DNA of 64,000 nucleotides. Origin: Promethearchaeia archaeon. Its GTDB lineage: Archaea; Asgardarchaeota; Lokiarchaeia; Sigyniarchaeales; SOKP01. Below are positions 1-8,811 of this stretch, in pieces. Numbering within the stretch: the first letter of the stretch is position 1; every line of letters starts with the position of its first letter. The stretch is taken from contig JAWOCD010000080.1 in NCBI GenBank assembly GCA_046483985.1, forward strand, positions 1 to 64,000, read 5' to 3'. The notes below the pieces were generated by a model. The model had not been told where the DNA came from, did not search any database, and worked only from the letters and a program-made list of their open reading frames with translations. A program made the position numbers and the translations under genes.

Positions 1-3000
1 TGGTCAATATCTTCCGGTGACAGTGGAACCATAACCATGAGCGGGGAAATAGACCCCAGTAAGATGAGCGGAGCATCGGATATAATCGTTCGGTTGGGAA
101 TAAATTTCGAACGGACCGATAGAGGTGACGGATTTGAACTGGAGTGGAATAGTGAAAAATCATCATCACATGTGAACTTTTCGAACACAGAATTATGGAT
201 TAGATCCATACCAAAACCCGAAGATGTCGATTTAAGATTAGGGTGGGAGAGTGATGAGCAAAATCTACAAACTGAACCTCTCCAAGGGGAAAACCCCGGA
301 GAGGGGACGATCACATTAGATAACAATGATATAACTTGGAGTGCTGACAATGAACCTGACTTTACCTTTTATTCTACCTCAAAACAATTATCCTTTGAGG
401 TCGAGCACGAGATTCAATGTGACTTTGAAGAAATAGGAAATGAAGGGATTGACACGGTAATAACTGCGGAAAACGACTCAGACGAGGTTAAATACGATGT
501 GAACTTTGATTGGGAGGTCCCTAATAATGCGACCGAAACAAAATCAGGTTATGATTTCTCGGATTCCTTTAATTTTACGGTAATCTACCCGCGATTTGAA
601 GAAGAGGGAGAAGTTTATTGGGCTTTTCAGGAGGGAACGTTAACTACCGACTCATTAACCGAACAATTTACTCACCGCGATGGTGACTTAGATATATTAG
701 AAAATACAACCTATGAGGATTCCAATGAGGATTATTCAAATACTCAACTCATGGGGGTAGAGCACAATCTAGCGGGTGCTGGGATTGATGAAGACACTGG
801 GTATGGACAAGAGTGGGACTTTAACTTTACCGCACCGAATGCCATCTCGAATATGATAATTGATAGCAATGAAGATTTTGACTCCCACATGGATCAAATT
901 GTGTATGGTGAAAATGCGAGCTTTCAAGTAGATTATAGCAATGAGACGAATACCGGAACAACTGGAGCAAACTGGGCAAATGAAACGGGCTCTCTACATT
1001 CCAATTCAATTGGAACTAATGGTATAAGCGACGCTTTTACGGGAGAAAATTCTTGGAATACCGGTGATGCGGAGTTGGGGAATTATTCTGCAATAACAAA
1101 CTATACCGCTCAAGGAAGCGATTATGATATGCCAAAAGGGATGGACGAGATAGCCAGATTCGGATACATGTATAGACCTTTCGATATAGTGAGGGATACC
1201 GAAATTGCGTGGGTTGAGGTGAGTCACAACAAGACGTATGACACGAGTACGCACGGAATGGACGGAGAACTAATGAACATTACGGCAAAATGGGTTCAGA
1301 GCGGTGGTTCGGACGATGGGGACGGTATAACAGAGGGAAGCGGCAAAATATCTATATTTGACTGGTTTCACGATGAGCCAGTGGAAGAAAACGGTGTCGA
1401 GTGGTCCGAGCAAGAGATGATCGATAACGATGACGGAACATACTCCGTATTTATAGATCCCACATCTAAGGATAATGAAGGGAATATGACATGGGGCTAC
1501 CGAGACTTCACAATTTCGTTTTCGAAAAAGGATCATCTAGCAAAAGACGCGAACGATAATTTCAGTATTATCGTAGATACGGATTTGAGCGTGAGATCGC
1601 CCGATTCTAGTGGTGACTTCGAGCATTATACAACAGCAGATATGGCAAGTAATGTAACGGGAGAAGAAGAGACAGCGGATTTTAGGATGACGTATGAGCA
1701 GAATACGACCGAGTCTAATCATCTCACCGATAACCCGGGTACTCGCTATCACGATATGATTGAGTTAAATTATACGTGCTTAAATTATACAAGAGGAGAA
1801 CTCGATTGGTGGAACTGGACATGGAATGAAGACGAATTTTCCGAATCCAACGCGGGCAATCCGATCAATGGAACATTTACGTGGTCTGATTCCTCAAATC
1901 GATGGGGAGCGGATCTTTATTACCCTCGTGAAGAGCCATATTTTACTAATATCCCAGAATACGATGCGGGTATTATGCTGGAATATAACGTGACGGCTCG
2001 TGTAAAAAGAGATGATACTGAACAGCCGGATGAGGTGGAACCGCAATGGCTTGAAGAAGATAATACCATTTTTGTAGAATTAACTAATCCAGATGAGGGA
2101 AATTTTACTCGTGTGGTGCCGTTCAATGATGAAGAACACGATGGAAACCCCTTTGCAATGGGTGAATACGACAATAAATCTGAAACATATAAAATAGAAC
2201 AGTATCATAACAACCAAACAATTGGACCTCACGATAATACAAGCGATACATTCAGGCTCAGAGTACTATTTAACTGTACCGTAGAAAGATATGCCGGCGA
2301 AGATAACTTTGAGCATCCGCCGTGCGGACCGCTTAATGATACCGAAACCACCGAGATTACTCTTTCCGGGTGGGGAGATGAAATTAAGTTAGAGAGCGAT
2401 GAAGATTATCTTTGGAGTACCGAGGTTTTGTACAATGAGAGCGGAGAAGATGATTATAGAACCTATTACGGCGTTACGTATGTCACGCCTTGGTTGAATT
2501 TCTCAGATCGGGATGCTGGAAACCATAAAATTATAATAGAAGCCGATAGAGAGGGGTATCGGACAGGTAGAGCCGAAATCGATGTTAAAATACTTGAGCA
2601 AGAGACGGAACTTTTACATAAAAACGAGACCGTCTCGGACGAGGATACTTCTAAATCTATAACTCAAGACGTTCCATATTTGAATACAACGAGTCTCACC
2701 GTCACCTATAACGATATAACAAACGAAAATGTGGAAGGTGTGGGAGATGAGGGGATAACAGGAGCAGAAATAACATGTGTTGAGGATTTTTATGCTGCAA
2801 ATTATTTTGTGGAAAATAGCACGGGTGATGGAGAAGCGACATGGAGATGGATAGATGAAGGGAACGGGAAGTATACAATAGAATTCCTATATACCGATTT
2901 TATAAATTACATGGAAGACCCAGATAATACAAGGTTAGAGTTTAACATCGACTACATTAACGCTAAAGAGAGGTCATTTACGGTCAATCTAAATATTACA

Positions 3001-5454
3001 AGCCGAAGGTATGAAATTGACTTGCTTTCCTCTAACAATGAAAGCGTTTACACGGAACATGAATTTGAGGAATATAAATCGGAATATCAATTTTTAACCT
3101 ACGAGTTTGAGATACTCGATTTGGATAATAATTCAAATCCCGTTAATTTTGACCTCTCGGAGGGTACGGAGGGTACAAGCCCCCGATTTGATTTCGATTG
3201 TTGGGAAGGCGAACAAGATCCCTCAAGTAGAGACTACTATGTAATAGACAAAATCACAAACGGATCTTCAATAAGTTATAATATCACAATAGATCATTCG
3301 AAATCTGACGTAGGAGAGTATAATCTAATGTTTAGTATCTCTCCGAATGATGATAAACCTACATTTTACGAAACTCATCTCAATACCTCGTTTGATGTCA
3401 TATCAGCACCAATAACGTTAGAGGACGAGGGACTTGATTCTGGAGAGGAAATAGAATACATTATATCCACCATAGATAAGGGAGAAATTTCGAAAGATAA
3501 TTACGAGGATCTTTTTCCATATCTCACCATAAAACTAATTGATACTGCTCATACAGAAAGAGCGGGATCCGATAAAGTTGTGGAATTCGACGGGATGTAT
3601 GTCAGTACAAATTACAGTAATGATAATTATAGCGATTTCAATACACATTCACCAGAAGTATCTTTTGATAGGATGGATGAAGATCTTAGAATTGTTGAAG
3701 ATGAAGGAATTTGCGAAGTTTTTATAGATGCCCAAACCCAAGATACTGGTTCTTATGATCTAAGTCTTACATTTAACAAATCAAACTACATTACAACGAA
3801 CAAGACATTTTCATTTACGGTGGTTAATGCAACAACAATGTTAGAAGATGGCGATGTAAATTTTGATTGGCAAGAAGATGAAATTAGCGAAGATGAGAGG
3901 ACCGATTTTCCCCATAGAGCTGATTTCTATGGTGACGGAATAAAAATAATTCCGTGGGGAAAATATGTGGGAATAAGATTTGGTTATCTCACAAATAGTA
4001 CTAACAAAGAAATATCCTCCATCGGTGTCGACGATATAGAAGAAATGGACACTAAGATCAATATAATTTCCACGAATATGTCAGATATATCCAAGGGGGA
4101 AGTTCTCAACTCTACGAAGTTCTATGAGGTAGGAAGTGGAGTTCATTATATAGATCTTCCGCTTAATTTCACCGATACAGGAACGATTGAAATTAATTTC
4201 AGTTTTGGTATAAGCGCCGATAATTTTGACCCCGTTGAGTTTCCAATAAATTTAATTATTCACGATCGTGAAACGGACTATTTAAATAGATCCAGAACTA
4301 CGGAAGTTGAATGGACTGACTCAGCAGAGGTAGAGAACAGATATAGAGATCTTGACCACGAGGAGAGCAATTACTATATAACGAAAGGATGTTATATCAA
4401 CGGGACATCAGACGGATCCGGAGGGATTATGGATTTAAATGGAAACCTTGCCCGATGGAACTATACGGAATATCCAAATGATGAATACCACAAATTTCAA
4501 ATAGAGACGGAGAATTTAACAGTTGGAGAGGTATATGAAGTACATTTAAATTTGTCAAAACCGCATTACAAGGAACAGATAATTTCCTTTAAATTCGAGA
4601 TATCTCCGCTCCCGTTAGAAGCCGAATATACGATTTATCCTTCGGATGAGTTCGAAGCAGAAGAGGAGGATACGATTGAAATTCACATGAGTATGTTTAT
4701 CGAATTAAAAAATGGAACCGGGGAAACGGAGATATTAGGCGATTGTTCAATATTACCAAATATTTCAATCACGTATCAGATTAACGGAAGTGAGGGGATA
4801 GTCCATCAAGGAGAATTCGAATGGTCGGATGCCGAACAAAACTGGGTAGCAAGTTTTGCAACTCACGATGAAGATGACGACCCCTTAGCAGGTATCTTTG
4901 AAGTCGGCATAAATATTACCACGAACAGTGAAAATGTCCAAGGAAAAGTATTATCCACCAGGATTTTCGGGGTTGGGGAACCACCTGCGGAAATACCGGG
5001 ATGGTTCTACATCTTGTTAACGGCGGTTATCGGAGCTGCGGTGGCTATGGCGGGATACGGAATTCGAAAGGCTCTATATCTGCGGATTCCATTTGTTCTC
5101 AGAAAGATCGATGAGACAATTAAGAAAATTGAGAAAGATAAATATCCAGCAGTCGGAGTAATGACGGGACGACAAGAATTTATAATCAACAAAGCCATAG
5201 AACACCTTGATGAATGCGGAATACAGTGGGAACGAGAAGATAAATTCGAAGTGAAAAAGGTAGGAGAAGCGGGAGTAAAAGAGGAATTACCGCCATATTC
5301 TGAAGAAGAGATCGTAGGAGAATTAGATCAAATTCCGGGTCTCAGCAAAGAAGAATCATCATTGTTTGTCGAAGAATTAAAACGGCTTGATCGTGACGCG
5401 CAAGACGAATTTTTGGCATCATTAAGAGGAGATATTGGAGAGACTGAGAAATAA
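1..5454 (+). CDS. Very large acidic cell-surface (S-layer-like) glycoprotein with Ig-like repeats, a C-terminal TM helix and a cytoplasmic tail; 5' end probably outside the window
   Basis: The frame is open from base 1 (WSISSGDSGTITM...) and there is no signal peptide at Met37. The protein is D/E-rich with many N-x-S/T sequons and repeated beta modules (DNDDGTYSV, DEGNGKYTI, EVGSGVHYI). TM segment WFYILLTAVIGAAVAMAGYGI. Confidence 0.85.
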   Translation, partial: WSISSGDSGTITMSGEIDPSKMSGASDIIVRLGINFERTDRGDGFELEWNSEKSSSHVNFSNTELWIRSIPKPEDVDLRLGWESDEQNLQTEPLQGENPGEGTITLDNNDITWSADNEPDFTFYSTSKQLSFEVEHEIQCDFEEIGNEGIDTVITAENDSDEVKYDVNFDWEVPNNATETKSGYDFSDSFNFTVIYPRFEEEGEVYWAFQEGTLTTDSLTEQFTHRDGDLDILENTTYEDSNEDYSNTQLMGVEHNLAGAGIDEDTGYGQEWDFNFTAPNAISNMIIDSNEDFDSHMDQIVYGENASFQVDYSNETNTGTTGANWANETGSLHSNSIGTNGISDAFTGENSWNTGDAELGNYSAITNYTAQGSDYDMPKGMDEIARFGYMYRPFDIVRDTEIAWVEVSHNKTYDTSTHGMDGELMNITAKWVQSGGSDDGDGITEGSGKISIFDWFHDEPVEENGVEWSEQEMIDNDDGTYSVFIDPTSKDNEGNMTWGYRDFTISFSKKDHLAKDANDNFSIIVDTDLSVRSPDSSGDFEHYTTADMASNVTGEEETADFRMTYEQNTTESNHLTDNPGTRYHDMIELNYTCLNYTRGELDWWNWTWNEDEFSESNAGNPINGTFTWSDSSNRWGADLYYPREEPYFTNIPEYDAGIMLEYNVTARVKRDDTEQPDEVEPQWLEEDNTIFVELTNPDEGNFTRVVPFNDEEHDGNPFAMGEYDNKSETYKIEQYHNNQTIGPHDNTSDTFRLRVLFNCTVERYAGEDNFEHPPCGPLNDTETTEITLSGWGDEIKLESDEDYLWSTEVLYNESGEDDYRTYYGVTYVTPWLNFSDRDAGNHKIIIEADREGYRTGRAEIDVKILEQETELLHKNETVSDEDTSKSITQDVPYLNTTSLTVTYNDITNENVEGVGDEGITGAEITCVEDFYAANYFVENSTGDGEATWRWIDEGNGKYTIEFLYTDFINYMEDPDNTRLEFNIDYINAKERSFTVNLNITSRRYEIDLLSSNNESVYTEHEFEEYKSEYQFLTYEFEILDLDNNSNPVNFDLSEGTEGTSPRFDFDCWEGEQDPSSRDYYVIDKITNGSSISYNITIDHSKSDVGEYNLMFSISPNDDKPTFYETHLNTSFDVISAPITLEDEGLDSGEEIEYIISTIDKGEISKDNYEDLFPYLTIKLIDTAHTERAGSDKVVEFDGMYVSTNYSNDNYSDFNTHSPEVSFDRMDEDLRIVEDEGICEVFIDAQTQDTGSYDLSLTFNKSNYITTNKTFSFTVVNATTMLEDGDVNFDWQEDEISEDERTDFPHRADFYGDGIKIIPWGKYVGIRFGYLTNSTNKEISSIGVDDIEEMDTKINIISTNMSDISKGEVLNSTKFYEVGSGVHYIDLPLNFTDTGTIEINFSFGISADNFDPVEFPINLIIHDRETDYLNRSRTTEVEWTDSAEVENRYRDLDHEESNYYITKGCYINGTSDGSGGIMDLNGNLARWNYTEYPNDEYHKFQIETENLTVGEVYEVHLNLSKPHYKEQIISFKFEISPLPLEAEYTIYPSDEFEAEEEDTIEIHMSMFIELKNGTGETEILGDCSILPNISITYQINGSEGIVHQGEFEWSDAEQNWVASFATHDEDDDPLAGIFEVGINITTNSENVQGKVLSTRIFGVGEPPAEIPGWFYILLTAVIGAAVAMAGYGIRKALYLRIPFVLRKIDETIKKIEKDKYPAVGVMTGRQEFIINKAIEHLDECGIQWEREDKFEVKKVGEAGVKEELPPYSEEEIVGELDQIPGLSKEESSLFVEELKRLDRDAQDEFLASLRGDIGETEK

Positions 5455-5640
5455 AATAAGATCGCTTAAAGTTTTAAAATTAATAATTTACTTTTTTTTT
5501 TTAATTACTGATCATAAAACTCAATAGTAGTTCAATTTATTTTTAAGTTTAAAGACTTTATAATTAATTAAGAAATTAGAAATAGAAGAAAGTTAGTTTC
5601 TTTTTTTACTCATGGAATGAATAAGAGTGAATAAAAAAAT

Positions 5641-6792
5641 ATGAGCAATAATAGAAATAAAAAAACAAAATTACAGTATCGGTATATCTCTGTTCTTTTT
5701 ATGATTTTTCAAATTCTTTGCTTGAGTTTAATCTTAATGCCTACAGTAAACGAGGCGTATCCGAATATCGATTTTAATGAGCATTTGGGAACCCAGACGT
5801 CTCCGAAAGTTAGTTCTTTCAATCTTAGTGGTGTCGTGATAGATTTTTATGTAGAGGGCCCAAACAAGCACGGTGAAGATATCGTAAACATTAAAAATGT
5901 AACAATGTCTGATGAAGATGGTGGGATTATAGAGGAAAGCGACATGGAGGTCGTAAAATATCATATCTATAAAAATATAGACAACAATGAGATCTTAAGT
6001 GGAAATTTAAGCTGGAATGTAGATGAAAATTCGTGGGATGAGGAAGAGATTAGTTTAACGGGAACTGGTTTTGGCACATTTTATGTAACCGTTGAATTTC
6101 GGAACGAAACATGGGAGGACAGTAGGGAAACACTTATAAGTGAGGAGCCAAAATATACCTACGAAAGAACAGAGGAACTCGATATAGATTTTTATGTGGT
6201 TGGCCCAAGCGAGTTGGAAAGAGATCAAGTAAATATAGAAGACGTGGAAGTTTATAGAAACAAAACAAGAGTTACCGATAATGAAATGAAAGTGGCAAAA
6301 TTCCATATTTATAGGAATATGGAAGGGGATAAAATTTTATCCGGAGATTTAGAATGGGATGGGGATAAACAAGTGTGGAAGAAAGAAGGAATTGACCCAG
6401 CTTGGACAGGAAATGGTAAATTTCACGTAACGGTGGAATTCCAAACGGAAGATATGCAAGAAAGCATTGAAACGGCTATAAGCGATGAGCCAAGAGAAAC
6501 TTATGAAAGAGAAAATATTCTCGAGATAATAATTCAAGCAAGCATAATTATTGGGATAATCCTTCTCGTCGGAGCGCTGATTATCGGATTTTACTTAAAA
6601 AAGCAAAATACTAGTCTAAAGCGGAAATCCAAGAAATCGGAAAAACCGGTTAAAATTAAAAAAATTAATAAAAAGAAGATAAAGGATGTTAAGAAAACTA
6701 AAGAAAAAAAGGAAAAGGAAAAAGGAAAAACGGAAGAAACAGAAGATCTCATTTTCTCAGTTCCAAAATGGGAAGATGAGGAGGAAGATTAG
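5641..6792 (+). CDS. Membrane-anchored surface protein with two tandem ~115-aa beta domains
   Basis: N-terminal hydrophobic signal/TM, duplicated IDFYV.GP...VTVEF...EP..TYER unit, C-terminal TM and a Lys-rich tail. Confidence 0.85.
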   Translation: MSNNRNKKTKLQYRYISVLFMIFQILCLSLILMPTVNEAYPNIDFNEHLGTQTSPKVSSFNLSGVVIDFYVEGPNKHGEDIVNIKNVTMSDEDGGIIEESDMEVVKYHIYKNIDNNEILSGNLSWNVDENSWDEEEISLTGTGFGTFYVTVEFRNETWEDSRETLISEEPKYTYERTEELDIDFYVVGPSELERDQVNIEDVEVYRNKTRVTDNEMKVAKFHIYRNMEGDKILSGDLEWDGDKQVWKKEGIDPAWTGNGKFHVTVEFQTEDMQESIETAISDEPRETYERENILEIIIQASIIIGIILLVGALIIGFYLKKQNTSLKRKSKKSEKPVKIKKINKKKIKDVKKTKEKKEKEKGKTEETEDLIFSVPKWEDEEED

Positions 6793-6872
6793 GTTATCCT
6801 TGTGTCAATAATATTTTTCTTTTTAAAAAACATAACTTTTAATTCTTTTTTGTTGTGAAATACCATTGAGAA

Positions 6873-7754
6873 TTAGCTATCTTCTTCTACTCCCAATTGC
6901 GCTATCAATGTCTCCTTCATACGACTCTTATTCTTGGGGAGCCCAAACATTTCCGCATATTTATCGGTTGTGGTTAATTCGGAAGTTCTGCCCTTTTTGA
7001 CAGAATCGACAAGCCCTTGTTTTACCAGGTACTTCACATGCTGGTACGCTCCGGTTCCTCTGAGCTTTACCAACAATTTTTTCAAGATAGGCTGCTTCAA
7101 GGCAATAACCGTTAAGGTTCTTAGATACTTCTCTTTAATGGCGCCACCCTCAGCAAAGTCCGAAATACTATCGGTATATTCGTGCTTGATTTGCATCTGA
7201 TATTTATCCCCCGTTTGTGCGATGATTAATGCTGTAGATCGTTCCAGATAATCAAATGCCAGTTCATTAATTAATTCTTCTACTTCCTTTTTCCCAATAT
7301 CGAGTTTAAGCGAAATCTCCTCGATGCTTAAAGCTCGACCAGAAGCATATAAAGCGGCTTCCACTTGATTCTTATGAAATTCTCTCAGTTGTTGTTCTTC
7401 TGATTTCTCTTCGCTAATCTCTTCTTCTATCTCGTCTTTATCCTTTTCCTCTATTTCTTGGTCATTGTGATCCTCCCCATTAGGTTCCTCGGATAATTGG
7501 TCAGCTTCTCCCTTAGAACTTTCTGCAACTTCTTCCGTCGGTTGAGCTTCATTCAATTTATCAGATTTTTGGCTTTTTAAATCTTCCATCTTTTGTTCTT
7601 TATTTTTCTCTTCGGTCATACTCGCATCATTTTTTTCTTCGACCATATCCGCTTCATTTTCCTTTTCTTGATAATCTTCCGCCTGTTCTTCCTCGGGTTG
7701 TCCATTATCTGTTTTTTTTTGGTTATTCTCACTCATTATTATCAATCTCTTCAA
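6873..7754 (-). CDS. scpB: SMC-Scp complex subunit ScpB (KITE) with a long acidic N-terminal extension; true start may be MSENN a few codons in
   Basis: VEAALYASGRALS, LRTLTVIALKQPI, LRG..AY.HVK.L and TTDKYAEMFGL motifs; lies downstream of scpA and smc. Confidence 0.93.
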   Translation of the reverse strand: MKRLIIMSENNQKKTDNGQPEEEQAEDYQEKENEADMVEEKNDASMTEEKNKEQKMEDLKSQKSDKLNEAQPTEEVAESSKGEADQLSEEPNGEDHNDQEIEEKDKDEIEEEISEEKSEEQQLREFHKNQVEAALYASGRALSIEEISLKLDIGKKEVEELINELAFDYLERSTALIIAQTGDKYQMQIKHEYTDSISDFAEGGAIKEKYLRTLTVIALKQPILKKLLVKLRGTGAYQHVKYLVKQGLVDSVKKGRTSELTTTDKYAEMFGLPKNKSRMKETLIAQLGVEEDS

Positions 7755-7791
7755 AATTTTCGATAAATGACAAATTAATTATATTAAAACT

Positions 7792-8793
7792 CTATTTTCG
7801 TAGATCAACATTAATATTTTCAAATTCCCCCTCTTGACGTAATCGTAATTTTTTACCGGTCCCATCATTTGAGAGAAATAAGAGGGCTAAAAAGAGGCGA
7901 ATAAAGGCAAATTTTTTGCTAGTATCATCCTCTTCTTCTTGCTTAATTAGGTCAGTAAGTTCATACAAGCTAGTTTCTTCATTCTTTAAATTAATTGATG
8001 CTTTAATGCGGTTATACCATTTTTCATGTAATTCATCGATAGTCTCTTCACTTCCCGTGATATGTTTTAGAAGTTCTTTCGGTAAACGGGCTTTCGATCT
8101 TCTCTCCTTTTTTTGTTTTTTCTTTCTTTCCCTCCGTATCCGACGCCGTTTTAACTTTTCTTTTTTCTGCATGATATCAATAATTGACGATTTCATCGCA
8201 CTGAACAGTTCATCTTGAGTTGAAACTTTCTTTTTTGGCCGAATAGGTTGAGAAAGCGTCTTTGGTATCTTTCGGCGGTGCCTCTTTCGCATTTTTTCAA
8301 TTTTCTCTTGTTTTTGAATTTTTTCTTCTTCTTTAATAATACTCGAGATCTTGTAGTGATGTAAGGATGCAGCAGATTTGAGAGCAATTCCCGAGATCTT
8401 ATAGTTAATAAAATCTTCATGGAGCATATTATCAAAAAACTTGTCAACTAAAGTCGATAAATCATAGAAAGCGGCATCAGACTCTTTGGCAAGCTCCTCA
8501 TTTAACAAAACCCTAAATTCTGGCTTTTGCCAAAATTTCTTTTCCATCTTATTCCTATATTCTTCCGCGTGATCCTCTTCTGGACCCGCCACGATTTCCT
8601 CTTCCATATTTTCCGGTTTAGTTTTATCCACAAAATCAGGATCGGAAACCGCTTCCTTTACAATATTGATGATGTCTGCTTTTCTCGAACCAGAAGGTAT
8701 CGTGATATCATTAATCATACAGAACTCTCTTAATTCTTCCACTGTCCAATCATTTAAATTTGCTTCCTCCATCGATACTTCATCTTCACTCAT
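7792..8793 (-). CDS. scpA: Kleisin ScpA with an extra N-terminal SAP/HeH-like domain
   Basis: Kleisin N-domain (YDLSTLVDKFF...KISGIALKSAASLHHYK) and C-terminal winged-helix cap (FIRLFLALLFL...LRQEGEFENI); lies between smc and scpB. Confidence 0.85.
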   Translation of the reverse strand: MSEDEVSMEEANLNDWTVEELREFCMINDITIPSGSRKADIINIVKEAVSDPDFVDKTKPENMEEEIVAGPEEDHAEEYRNKMEKKFWQKPEFRVLLNEELAKESDAAFYDLSTLVDKFFDNMLHEDFINYKISGIALKSAASLHHYKISSIIKEEEKIQKQEKIEKMRKRHRRKIPKTLSQPIRPKKKVSTQDELFSAMKSSIIDIMQKKEKLKRRRIRRERKKKQKKERRSKARLPKELLKHITGSEETIDELHEKWYNRIKASINLKNEETSLYELTDLIKQEEEDDTSKKFAFIRLFLALLFLSNDGTGKKLRLRQEGEFENINVDLRK

Positions 8794-8811
8794 TTTATAC
8801 TTTCCACCCGT

